A DNA stretch of 64,000 nucleotides from assembly GCA_963764165.1 (NCBI GenBank), contig CAVXRD010000001.1, forward strand, positions 1,600,001 through 1,664,000, in the 5' to 3' direction. The translations under genes were made by a program, and so were the position numbers. The stretch is from an uncultured Verrucomicrobiae bacterium (GTDB lineage: Bacteria; Verrucomicrobiota; Verrucomicrobiia; Limisphaerales; Palsa-1400). A model generated the notes under the pieces. It was given only the letters and a program-made list of their open reading frames with translations. It did no database searches and was not told the origin of the DNA. Shown piece after piece: positions 25,408 to 35,633 of this stretch (position 1 is the stretch's first letter; each line of letters starts with the position of its first letter).

Positions 25408-27993
25408 CTAATCGACCGCATCGAGATTGTACTTAAAGTGACTGCAGCGGTTGGTGGCGAGCCAGTTCAACATCTCTGGCAGGAAATCCAACGGCGAGGT
25501 GATATCCATCGATGGCGCGCGGAAGATAAGCCCCTTGCAGGTCACATCGCTCCCTGAAGCCGAATTGGAGGCGTAGCGTGAAGCATCGAATCCCATCTCC
25601 GCGCCAACACGCTCCAGAAGGGCCGAACGCTCGGTTGTATTCGTATAATTGAGTTCCGAGAGTTGGCGCTCCCAATCGACAAATTTTGCATAAGGAGTGC
25701 CGGAGTATTCGCCAGCCAATCGCCGGCGCACCAATTCCACCGCTGCTTTGTTTGCGGCTACCATAGCCTTTAGCTGGTTCGTTTGGTCAGGACTTGCAAT
25801 GCGCGATCCGATTGTGCCGTCCGCGACTAGCCGCTGTATATGTTCGGCCATCGCTTTGTTCATTTCCTGATGAATCCTGTTCCACACTAATCGGGCCTTA
25901 GTCCGCCGCTGGCCTTCGGCACTGGCTTTGTCCAATTCCCACGGCGGAATTGCTCCTTCTATTTGAATCCCGAGATAGGACGAGAGATCTTCCTGCAAAT
26001 TCGTGCCGGCCGCCGCATTTGGGACGATGCAGCTCAAGTCAATACTAACTCCCTCGCTCGAGGATAGGAACGGCGTGACGGAAGGAGCGGTCAGCTTGTC
26101 CAGCCATCGCTGGCTTGCATCGCCGCTATCCTGGGCAAAATCGAGAATCAGCGATTCGCCGAAGAGCAAAGCGCCAGCCGTCGATGGCAGTTGATTGGTG
26201 ATGGCGGCAAATTTCGCCGCCGCCGCGGAAGAGTTCGGCAAGGTCGTCACAACAAGCACTCCGCCATATTTCCGGTCCTGGCCTTTCCAGACTTTGACAC
26301 TGGACAATTCGACGCGGTGACGCGGCATGGTGGCGGCATCCTTTAGAAAATCGGCGAGTGAACCACGCATGGTTCCAATCAGCAGGAATCCCGCAACCAC
26401 CGTCATCATAAATCCCGACAGGTAAATCGTCATCAACCCAATGGTCAGCCCGGCAGAAGGCGGTCGCGCATTCACCGATTCGTAGATGTTCAGCACGTGC
26501 TGAGCAATCAAGCGGTTGCCATGTTTTGGAAACGCCTCTTTGGCTGCTGCCGTGAGCGGGTCCGCCGCCCAAATTGGAATGTGAAAATCACCCGGCGCGG
26601 GCGGAGGCAGTGAAGTTCCGCGGAATTGCTCGGTGATTTTGCCAGTCTTTAGCGCACTGGGAATGGCAAGAGCCAGACTAATCGCCAGATAAGGAAACAA
26701 TCGCCCAAATCCCAAGGCGCTGGCCGCCACCAAGCCGAGGACGCCCAAGGCGAGAAAGCCCGCATTCAACCAGCGGTTTCGGCAGAAGAGCGTGGCCTGG
26801 AGAAAACGGCCACCATCCAGCGGCAAAAACGGAAGAAGGTTAAATACATTGAGCACTAACAGCAGGACTGCCACCGTTCGCACCCAGGGAACCGGATGCG
26901 ACATGCAGCAAGCGGCCAGAATCAACCCGATGGCAATACCCGGCAGCGGCCCTGCCAGCGACACGAGCGCCTTCTCCCATCCTGTCACATTGCGATTCTG
27001 CCCGGAGACGGCCGCACCGAAAAAAGGCAGAAAGAACATCCGCATATTGCGGTATCCGAATAGCTTCATGGCTACCCAATGGCCAGATTCGTGGAGGAAC
27101 AGAACCGGAACCAGCCAAAGCGCAATATCCCATCGGCTTCGTGTTGCGCTCGCAAAGAGGAAAAGCCCGGCAGAAATCACCAGCAATATCATCATCTGCG
27201 ACACGGATACCTTTTTATCCTCGATGGCTCTGATCTCCGCCAGCACGTCTGGATATTGAGAGCCTTGCACTTTGGCATCCTCCATCCGCTGCAAATGTTC
27301 CTGCGCCACCGCGATACTCTTCTCTGTGGGCTGCTGAAAGAATCCGCGCTTGAGATGGAATTGACACTGCAATTGGTGCAACCGCTCGCATCCGCCAATT
27401 AACTCGGCGTGGTTCGTCACCGGAACGACTTCCGAGCTTTGCCGCGCAGCCTCGACAATTTCCACGTGCTTCGAAAACAATTGAGGCATCGGAGCGCCGG
27501 GCATCCGATTCATTTTTACGGTTGGCGGCGCCGCGATGTCCGGTTTGCCGGATGATGATAAAATGAACGATCCGTTGGCGAACTCTGTAAAAAACATCGG
27601 AAAGAGCGCCCGCATTTTCTTCGCCTGTGTGTCCCAATAGCGATTATGAATTCGCGCGACGTATTGGCCAGACTCGTGGAAGGATGTCGCCCAATAAATC
27701 CGCGAGCCGCTGGCCGCGTCGTGAATAAAGTGATAGATAGCCGGGGAGAAACCGACCGATACAAGTTCGGCAATCAGCGGCGCAAAGAGTGCGTCAATAT
27801 CTGGCGGCAACGCCTCGACCTGAAATTCGGAGATGGAATCGACATTGGCATCATCGCTGGTGCAAGGCACGCGCAGGCGAAACACCTTCAGCATGGGGTA
27901 AATGAGGATAAACGAAATCGGGTTCTTCTTGCAGCCCCACCAGATTCCCTCCGCATTTGATCGCCTTATGTCGGTTTGATAAAAAACTGCCAT
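25408..27993 (-). CDS. Site-2 protease (M50) family membrane metalloprotease with large N- and C-terminal extensions
   Basis: HESGH (HExxH), FLPFFGAAV, SLAGP, FNLLPFLPLDGG. Confidence 0.85.
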   Translation of the reverse strand: MAVFYQTDIRRSNAEGIWWGCKKNPISFILIYPMLKVFRLRVPCTSDDANVDSISEFQVEALPPDIDALFAPLIAELVSVGFSPAIYHFIHDAASGSRIYWATSFHESGQYVARIHNRYWDTQAKKMRALFPMFFTEFANGSFILSSSGKPDIAAPPTVKMNRMPGAPMPQLFSKHVEIVEAARQSSEVVPVTNHAELIGGCERLHQLQCQFHLKRGFFQQPTEKSIAVAQEHLQRMEDAKVQGSQYPDVLAEIRAIEDKKVSVSQMMILLVISAGLFLFASATRSRWDIALWLVPVLFLHESGHWVAMKLFGYRNMRMFFLPFFGAAVSGQNRNVTGWEKALVSLAGPLPGIAIGLILAACCMSHPVPWVRTVAVLLLVLNVFNLLPFLPLDGGRFLQATLFCRNRWLNAGFLALGVLGLVAASALGFGRLFPYLAISLALAIPSALKTGKITEQFRGTSLPPPAPGDFHIPIWAADPLTAAAKEAFPKHGNRLIAQHVLNIYESVNARPPSAGLTIGLMTIYLSGFMMTVVAGFLLIGTMRGSLADFLKDAATMPRHRVELSSVKVWKGQDRKYGGVLVVTTLPNSSAAAAKFAAITNQLPSTAGALLFGESLILDFAQDSGDASQRWLDKLTAPSVTPFLSSSEGVSIDLSCIVPNAAAGTNLQEDLSSYLGIQIEGAIPPWELDKASAEGQRRTKARLVWNRIHQEMNKAMAEHIQRLVADGTIGSRIASPDQTNQLKAMVAANKAAVELVRRRLAGEYSGTPYAKFVDWERQLSELNYTNTTERSALLERVGAEMGFDASRYASNSASGSDVTCKGLIFRAPSMDITSPLDFLPEMLNWLATNRCSHFKYNLDAVD

Positions 27994-28083
27994 TGTTTGG
28001 TTCTCCCGGCCTGTTTTGCTATCGCGCGATTAGAGCAATTTCCAGATAGAATGCAACTGCAATTTTACATTTGACGCAGCATT

Positions 28084-28249
28084 GGGTTTGATTGGAAGTC
28101 GGTGAAGGTAGGGACGTCTCGCCGAAACGTCCGGGGTGAGGCGCCTGCCATGCCAAAACCCTGCAATAGCCACACGCAACCGGACGCCCCCGCGAGGCGT
28201 CTCTACCTCGCTCCGCGACCAAAATCTCGCCCACTTTCAATCACATCCC
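28084..28249. repeat. Composite element: outer arms enclosing a GTAG REP doublet (REPIN-like, 28106-28208)
   Basis: AGGTAGGGACGTCTCGCCGAAACGTCCG ... CGGACGCCCCCGCGAGGCGTCTCTACCT; outer arms GGGTTTGATTGGAAGT and ACTTTCAATCACATCCC. Confidence 0.7.
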
Positions 28250-28317
28250 GCAGAGTTTGCGAGAGCAGCCCCTGGCGAAACAAAGAATAGAAGACGGACG
28301 GCAGCCGAGCCGCGCTG

Positions 28318-30207
28318 CTACTCGGATTCCTTGCCGGCGGGCTTGAGGATGGCGGATAGCAAGTCGGGTTTGGTTTTGTCGCGGACGAGCTGCAGGTACT
28401 TTAGGCCGTCAGCGTATTTGATGGTGATGGTGCGGTAGGTGTCGCCGTCAAGCATTAGGAAATCGATGTGGCGCTTTTCCACGCTGTCGGCGATGGCGTC
28501 CTTGAGATGATCGCTGGAGAATTTGATATTGTTGACACCGACGACGGTCATGCCGGGGGCGAAGCCGGCCTGGTCGCCGGGCATTCCGGGAGTGACACTG
28601 CTGACGCGGCCGCTGCCATCGATGCTCATTCCCAGCGTGTCGGATGCAGAGCCGCGATGGCCTTTCGGCGGCTCGGGGCTGTATTGGAGCCGGTAGCCGC
28701 AGCGTTCGAGCACGGTCAGCGGGAGATCTGTTTGGGTGACATCGACGCGATCGTGGATGAAGGTGGCCCAATCGTAGGGAGTGATGTCGTTCAGCGCTTT
28801 GATGACGTCAGCGCGCTCGTAGGGGACGATTTTATCCCGGCCGTCCGGGCCAAGGAATTTTTTGCAGAAGTCATCAAGGCTTTTATGGCCGTCGGATTCC
28901 TGACGGATAATCGCGTCGGCTTCGAGCCACAAAAGCGCGCCTTCTGGGTAGTAATCCTGCGAGCGGCGCCACGATCCCCAATTCGGACTATGGCCGCGCA
29001 ACGTGTAATTAGCGGTAGCGGTGTCCTCCAGAGGACGCCATTGCCGGCCCGCCGTGTGCATCAGCCCGTCAATGGTGCCAGTAAAGCCCGCCAGGAAATC
29101 ATTCGTCGAAACCAATCCGCTTCGCACCGAAAGCACGCCGCCGAGATATTCCGTCAAGCCTTCGTAAACCCAGAGAAGGCTTGTGCGCTCGGGTGTGTGA
29201 AAATTCGTCGTGACCATCCCGGCGGGGCGTTTGTGCTTGCCGCACCATGAATGGGTGAATTCATGCGGCAAAAGATCGGCGTCCCCCTCGAAGGCGCCTT
29301 CGTCGATCAACGAGCGCTCGCCCATTTGATCCATGCTGCTGGACAAATGCTCGACCCCTGCCCCGCCCGCCTGGTCGCTGCAGGTGCAAAGGAAATGGTA
29401 GTTGGTAAAATGCGCGCCGCCGTAAAGCCTGCTCGCTTCCTGCACCAATTTCCGAAACTTGCCGATCATTTTTTCATCCACTTGAACGGCAGCCTGCGAT
29501 TCCGAAACGACGTGCATGACAACTGTCGGGAATTTTTCGGGGTTCAAGTCAATCGTGCGCAAATATTCGCCGCAAATCAGCGGGCAATCGACAAGGTTGC
29601 GAAGCGAAGCGCTCTTAAACTCGAAGAGGCTGTTGGTTTCCCTGGCAACCGTAAGGGCCGTGCCGATGCGCCATTTGGGCGGCAGCAGCAATTTGACGCC
29701 AGCGGTGAGTTCGTCAATCGATGCGTCCTCGGGATAAAAAAGGCAGGTGTTCCAACTCATCACGCCAAGCTTTGAATTTCCGAAGCAATCGACGCCTTCG
29801 GAGTTCACCGATGGCTGGTTGCAAATGTAGTCAATACGAATAATCAGACGGTTCATTCCAGCGGGAATCGTGCATTCGATGCGGCAAGGCTCCGCGCCGT
29901 CGCGCTGCCAGGCGATGGGCTTTCCGTCCGGTGTTTCAAGGAAAAGGCCTCCGATATTCTCGACTGGCCCGCACGGCGCGTGCGTGCCGGGAATCCATTT
30001 GGGATACCACAGCGCCAGTTTTCCCGGATGCACGGGAATTTCCTCTCGCGCATGCACGAGGCGGCGCTGAATCTCGCGCGCGTCCACTTCCAATTTGATG
30101 GAATTGGTTTCCGCCGCCTGCGCGGGAAGAAGAACAAGCGCAGCGAGTGCGAACGGGGCGAGGCGTCCAAGAAACGTTTCCAATTTCAAATCCAGCGTCG
30201 CGTTCAT
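28318..30207 (-). CDS. M61 family aminopeptidase with PDZ domain (paralog 2)
   Basis: PKWIPG, GVEHLSS, HEFTHSW, LLWVYEG.T.Y, DYYPEG, C-terminal PDZ. Confidence 0.9.
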   Translation of the reverse strand: MNATLDLKLETFLGRLAPFALAALVLLPAQAAETNSIKLEVDAREIQRRLVHAREEIPVHPGKLALWYPKWIPGTHAPCGPVENIGGLFLETPDGKPIAWQRDGAEPCRIECTIPAGMNRLIIRIDYICNQPSVNSEGVDCFGNSKLGVMSWNTCLFYPEDASIDELTAGVKLLLPPKWRIGTALTVARETNSLFEFKSASLRNLVDCPLICGEYLRTIDLNPEKFPTVVMHVVSESQAAVQVDEKMIGKFRKLVQEASRLYGGAHFTNYHFLCTCSDQAGGAGVEHLSSSMDQMGERSLIDEGAFEGDADLLPHEFTHSWCGKHKRPAGMVTTNFHTPERTSLLWVYEGLTEYLGGVLSVRSGLVSTNDFLAGFTGTIDGLMHTAGRQWRPLEDTATANYTLRGHSPNWGSWRRSQDYYPEGALLWLEADAIIRQESDGHKSLDDFCKKFLGPDGRDKIVPYERADVIKALNDITPYDWATFIHDRVDVTQTDLPLTVLERCGYRLQYSPEPPKGHRGSASDTLGMSIDGSGRVSSVTPGMPGDQAGFAPGMTVVGVNNIKFSSDHLKDAIADSVEKRHIDFLMLDGDTYRTITIKYADGLKYLQLVRDKTKPDLLSAILKPAGKESE

Positions 30208-30211
30208 CGAG

Positions 30212-32146
30212 TTATTCCTTGGAAAGCACCGGCTTGAGGATGGCGGATAGCAAATCCGGTTTGGAAGGATCGCGAACAAGCGCCGGATACTTCAAACCGC
30301 CCGAGTAATCGACTGTCACCGCCCTGAACGTCTCGCCATCGAGAACCAGCAGGTCGAGTTTGTGCTTGGCCACGCTTTCGATCACCGCGTCGCGCAATCG
30401 GTTGGCCGTGAAATTTCGGTTATCGACGCCGATGACTTTCATGCCGGGGCCGAGTCCGGCTTTGTCACCCGGCGTTCCGGGAATGATGCCGTAAATGGTG
30501 CCATCGCCGCCGAATGAAATTCCCAGCGAGTCGGTGGTCGAGGGCACGCTTCCATTGTGTTCGGAGTCTTTCTGGGATTGCGAAGGAGTGTTAGTGTAAT
30601 CCAAACGGTATCCGCAGCGCTCCACCACGCTCAGCGGCATGTTCGATTGAGTCACGTCGACGCGTTCATGGATGAAGGCAGCCCAGTCGTAGGCGCTGAC
30701 GGCGTTCAAATCGCGAATCACATCGTCGCGCTTGTAGGGAACGATTTCGTCTTTGCCATCGGGGCCGAAGAATTTTTTGCAAAAATCGTCGAGACTATGC
30801 TGTCCATTTGACTGCTGGCGAATGATTGCATCGGCTTCCATCCAGAGCAGTTCGCCCTCGTCGTAGTAATCCTGCGAGCGACGCAAAACAGACCAGTTCC
30901 GGCTGCCTGCGCGCAATAAATAACTGGCGGTCGCGGTATCCTCCAGCGGACGCCAATTCCGCCCAGTCACGTGCGTGAGCGAATCAATTTCCTGCGCGAG
31001 CTGCGGGATGAAATCGTTGGTCGTTTCCAATCCGCTGCGAACCATCAGCACATGGCCCAGATACTCCGTCAGCCCTTCGTAAACCCAAAGCAGGCTTGTG
31101 CGTTCGGGCGTGTGGAAGTTCGTCGTGACCATCCCGGCGGGCCGGCGATGTTTCCCGCACCATGAATGAACAAACTCGTGCGGAATCAGCTCGGCCACCC
31201 AGCCCTTGCGCCGTTTGTCGTCAATCAAATCGCGTTCGCTTACGCCATTGAGGCTGCTGGAAAGATGCTCGAGTCCGTTCGGGCCGATGGCATCGCTCAG
31301 TGTCACCAGAAAATGAAATTCGGAAAAATGCCCCCCGCCAAACAAAGCACCCGCCTCGCTCGGCACATTATGATATTCCGTGACGACCTTTTCATCGAGT
31401 TGGAAGGCTTCCGGCGATTCGGCCACGAGATGCATGTAGGACGGCGGAAAGTTGACCGGCTTCAAATCGATGGTGCGCATATATTCCCCGCAAATCAGCG
31501 GGCAATCGACCAAATTGCGGAGCGAGAGGCGATTGAATTCAACGGTGGAACCCGTTTGCTGAACCGTTTTGAGCGCGGTGGCATAAGACCAGTTAGCCGG
31601 CAGCGTCAGGCGGACGGAGGCGAATTGTTCGTCAATCGAAACGTCCTCGGGATAATAGAAGCAGGTATACCAATTGATGACGCCGAGTTTGGAATCACCG
31701 AAACAGTCAGCGCCCTCGGAATTCACGGAAGCCTGATTGCATATATAATCCAGACGCAAAACAATGTGATCGACGTTGGTTGGAACCGTGCATTCGAGGC
31801 GGCACGGTTCAGCGCCGTCGCGCTTCCATTCAATTGCCTGGCCGCTGGGCGTTTCCAAATACAAGCCGCCGATGTTCTCGATTGGCCCGCCAGGCGAATG
31901 GGTGCCGGGCAGCCATTTCGGAAACCAGAGCGCGAGCTTTCCGGGATGCGCGGGAATCTCTTCGCGGGCGTGCAGAAGCCGGCGGGAAATCTCGCGCGCA
32001 TCGATCTCCAGGCGAATATCGGAAGCCGCGCGGACTTGAATCGCCGCGGCCGCACCCAGCAGCAGCAGGAGCGGGAGACGGCTAACGCGGACGCAACACC
32101 GCGCGGCGAGGAACGTCAATGGGCCCGGTTTATTCATGGTGAACAA
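30212..32146 (-). CDS. M61 family aminopeptidase with PDZ domain (paralog 1)
   Basis: PKWLPG, GLEHLSS, HEFVHSW, LLWVYEG, DYYDEG. Start may be 32146 or 32137. Confidence 0.9.
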   Translation of the reverse strand: MFTMNKPGPLTFLAARCCVRVSRLPLLLLLGAAAAIQVRAASDIRLEIDAREISRRLLHAREEIPAHPGKLALWFPKWLPGTHSPGGPIENIGGLYLETPSGQAIEWKRDGAEPCRLECTVPTNVDHIVLRLDYICNQASVNSEGADCFGDSKLGVINWYTCFYYPEDVSIDEQFASVRLTLPANWSYATALKTVQQTGSTVEFNRLSLRNLVDCPLICGEYMRTIDLKPVNFPPSYMHLVAESPEAFQLDEKVVTEYHNVPSEAGALFGGGHFSEFHFLVTLSDAIGPNGLEHLSSSLNGVSERDLIDDKRRKGWVAELIPHEFVHSWCGKHRRPAGMVTTNFHTPERTSLLWVYEGLTEYLGHVLMVRSGLETTNDFIPQLAQEIDSLTHVTGRNWRPLEDTATASYLLRAGSRNWSVLRRSQDYYDEGELLWMEADAIIRQQSNGQHSLDDFCKKFFGPDGKDEIVPYKRDDVIRDLNAVSAYDWAAFIHERVDVTQSNMPLSVVERCGYRLDYTNTPSQSQKDSEHNGSVPSTTDSLGISFGGDGTIYGIIPGTPGDKAGLGPGMKVIGVDNRNFTANRLRDAVIESVAKHKLDLLVLDGETFRAVTVDYSGGLKYPALVRDPSKPDLLSAILKPVLSKE

Positions 32147-32651
32147 CGACGGGGTCGGATGCTAAAGTGACAGACCAAAAATTGCCACACATTCGTTTCA
32201 TTAAAATTCAGGCAGAATCCACAAGATGGGTTCTGGGTCCGACCAGGTCAGGCGCAAGGCAAATTTCTTTGCGACTTTCGTGTCCTTGTTGTTAAAAGTT
32301 TTTTTGGGATCGCCGACAGCGTGGCGCGCATGGTTCTTGCGGGGCCAACCGGAAACGGCAGGAAAATGGAACAGCAAGCACCCAAAGGCCACGAAGAGGA
32401 AAAGGCGTTTAATGGCACGATGGAGCCAAGACCCGACAGAAAAACTTTCTCGCAGAGAAGATGAGTGCGCAGAGGAACCCAAAGACAAATCCGCGCTCCG
32501 CTGAAAACAGCGCGGTATCACGTTCTTTTGGTTGCGGCTGGCCGCGCTGTGCCTTGGCGACCTTGCGTTAAATTCTGGTTTCGGGTTTTGAGGCTTGCTT
32601 CCATTAAATCAAGGGCGGCATATTTTTCCGGTTGCATTTGGCCCGCTGCGA

Positions 32652-34578
32652 ATGAATGCCGAAGCCAGTCGAGAATCAAATCCGTTACCATCGTCGTGGC
32701 GTGCGGCGGACTGGGGTTGGGCTCTCGCCCTGCTGACCGCAACATTGCTGGCTTACCAACCGGCCTGGCACGGGCTGCCCGTTTGGGACGACGACGCCAA
32801 CATGACCGCGCCCGCCCTCCGATCATGGCATGGCCTTTTCCAAATCTGGTTCAAGGTGGGCGCCACTCAGCAGTACCTACCCCCTCACCCACAGTGCTTT
32901 CTGGCTGGAGAACAGGCTCTGGGGTGACGCTCCGCTGGGCCACCATCTCGTCAATATCTTCCTCCATTCCATCTCGTCCTTTCTTGTGTGGAAAATTTTA
33001 AAAGCCCTGAAGGTCCCCCTGGCGGGGTGGGCGGCGGCGATTTTTGCGCTTCACCCAGTGCAAGTGGAGTCCGTGGCATGGATTACCGAACTCAAGAACA
33101 CCTTGTCCGGCGTCTGTTATTTCGGCGCGGCAATCTCATATCTTCGATTCGACCGGACTCGGGACAAGCAGGCTTATGCGCTCGCGCTGGCATTGTTTGC
33201 GGCAGGCTTGATGGCGAAAAGCGCCATCGCCAGCATGCCTGCGGCCCTGTTGATCATCTTCTGGTGGAAGCGTGGAAAACTTGCCTGGGAAACGGATATT
33301 CGCCCGTTGATTCCGTTCTTCGCGGCGGGCATCTGCGCTGGACTTCTCACAGGATGGATTGAAGGCTACCACCTTGGCCCGAACGGCACGGGAGCGCATG
33401 GTGAAGAATTTAATTTCTCACTGGCGGACAGATGTCTCATTGCCGGCCGGGCCGCGTGGTTTTACCTGGCTAAGCTGGCCTGGCCGTCGAATTTGAGTTT
33501 CTCCTATGCCCGTTGGACCATCGATCCCCGCCAATTTTGGCAATATCTGTTCCCGGCGGCGGCGGCGATGGGCCTCCTTGCGTTGTGGCTCATGCGAGGC
33601 AGACATCGCGGCCCCCTGGCGGCGGCCTTGTTTTTTGGAGGGACACTTTTTCCGACCTTGGGGTTCTTAAACGTTTACGTCTTTCGATATTCGTTCGTCG
33701 CCGACCATTTTCAATATCTCGCCTGCCTTGGCCCAATCGTGGCCGCCTGTTTTGGCTTGAATTTCCTGATGGAAAAGCTCCCCCGGAACCAACGTGTCCT
33801 CGAGCCGATGTTTTGCGCGGGACTGCTGGCAGCCTTGATGATTCTGACCTGGCGCCAAAGCCAGGGTTATGCCGGCTTGGAAACACTTTGGCGAACCACG
33901 GTTGCCCGAAGCCCGGGCTCATGGCTGGCCCACGATTGCCTGGGAGTTGTTGACACGAAAAACGGCCGGTATGATGAGGCCATTTCCCAGTTTAAACAGG
34001 CCATCGCCATCCGGCCCGGCGGGGCTGATCTCCATTACTCACTGGGAATGACGCTCCTCAAAGCCGGGAACAAGGCCGAAGCCATGGCCGAGTATGAGCA
34101 GGCAATCAAGATCCAGCCCCGGCATTTTCTGGCTCATTACGACCTGGGCACCGTGCTGTTCCAGAATGGCGACAAACTCGCCGCGACGCGGGAATTCCAA
34201 AAGGCCGTGGAACTGCGCCCCGATTATCCTGAAGCGCAGAACAACCTCGGTTACGTTTTGCTCGACCAGAACCGGGCCGATGAAGCCATAACGCATCTGC
34301 ATGAAGCGGCACGCCTCAATCCCCGTTATGCCCAAGCCCATTACAACCTCGGGCGCGCCCTCCTGGTAAAAGGACAAATCGATGGGGCGATTTCCCAATT
34401 CCAGGAGATGGCCGAGATTTGCGCGGAATCCGGGCAATTCGACGAGGCTCTCAGGGGCGCCGAGCAGGCGTTGCGACTGGCCAGCAGTCAAACTAATTCC
34501 GAAAAGGTTTCCGCCATTCGGGAACAGATTGCGCATTATCGCGCTGGAACCCCCCTTCCCATCAGCACGGCGCGATAG
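32652..34578 (+). pseudogene. TMTC-like GT-C membrane protein with TPR repeats, frameshifted at ~32877 (pseudogene or assembly error)
   Basis: N-terminal part with WDD in one frame, YPLTHS..W.E...FALHP.QVESVAWI.E.K and TPRs in the next. CAG CAG TAC C TAC CCC reads QQYYP if one C is removed. Confidence 0.75.
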
Positions 34579-34680
34579 TCCGGAATTTCAATTTGGCACA
34601 CGCGCCCCGGCGAGGCCTCCCTGCCTTTGAAGTCTTGGAAAATGCGGCCGCTCTCGCTATAATAGGCTGGTAGTGCCTTT

Positions 34681-35616
34681 ATGGTTGGCTTTTTCCAACA
34701 GGTGGTCGACGAATCACGGCGGAATCCTCGCTTTGCGTTGGGATTGATTTGCCGTGTCAAAGGCTCCAGCCCCCAAAAGGCAGGCGCAAAGGCCCTCTTT
34801 TTCCCGGACGGTCGAATGCTGGGCACTTTGGGCGGAGGCTGCCTCGAAGCGGAAGTTCGCCGCCGCGCTCACCAGTCCCTTGCAACAGGAAAAGCGGAGA
34901 CGTTCGAACTCACGCTCGATCACGATTTCGGCTGGGATGATGGCTTGATTTGCGGCGGAACGGTGTTCGGATTAATCCTTCCCAACGCAGCGAATGCCCT
35001 GGAAATATGGCGCACCCTGGCGCTGCGCGACGAAGCTCGAACGTGGGGTGTGCGCCAGGATTTTTCTATCGATTGGGCGCCCGGCGACGCCTCCGCCGGC
35101 TGGCTTTACCTCGAAACCCAATCGTCGCCCATGGCGCTTTGGATTGCGGGCTCGGGCCACCTCGCGCAAGCTGTCGCGCCGCTCGCGCAAGCGCTGGATT
35201 TCGATGTCACCATTTTCGATGATCGGCCCGAACTGGCCAATCGCGATTATTTTCCCGCCGCCACCCATTTGCGCGTCGGCCAATGGGGCGAATTATTGGA
35301 AACTCCGTTCCCGGCGCAGCGTGCGTTCGGCTTGATTGTCACGCGCGGGCATCAGCATGATGCGAATGTGCTGGCGGATTGGATTCACAAACCGTTTTTG
35401 TTTTTGGGCATGATCGGCAGCAAGCGCAAATCACGCTTGATTCGCGAAGGTTTTGCAAAAAAGAATATCGCGACGGCGGATGAATTTTCGCGCGTGGCAA
35501 GCCCGGTCGGACTGGAGATCGGCGCGGTGAGCGTGGAAGAAATTGCGGTGAGCATCATGGCGCAATTTATTCAGAAACGGGCAGCGCATGCGGCCCGCGC
35601 GTTATGTGAAATTTAG
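34681..35616 (+). CDS. xdhC: XdhC/CoxI-family molybdoenzyme maturation protein
   Basis: GSSPQKAGAK, GT.GGGC.E, GLICGG, VTRGHQHD, GMIGSKRK, PVGL.IGA....EIAVSI. Confidence 0.88.
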   Translation: MVGFFQQVVDESRRNPRFALGLICRVKGSSPQKAGAKALFFPDGRMLGTLGGGCLEAEVRRRAHQSLATGKAETFELTLDHDFGWDDGLICGGTVFGLILPNAANALEIWRTLALRDEARTWGVRQDFSIDWAPGDASAGWLYLETQSSPMALWIAGSGHLAQAVAPLAQALDFDVTIFDDRPELANRDYFPAATHLRVGQWGELLETPFPAQRAFGLIVTRGHQHDANVLADWIHKPFLFLGMIGSKRKSRLIREGFAKKNIATADEFSRVASPVGLEIGAVSVEEIAVSIMAQFIQKRAAHAARALCEI

Positions 35617-35633
35617 CCTGGAAGTTGGATTTG

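Noticed and set aside
32870..32890. Programmed frameshift or phase-variable tract
   Set aside because: There is no slippery heptamer, and the C run is only 5 nt and is not where the extra base appears to lie.
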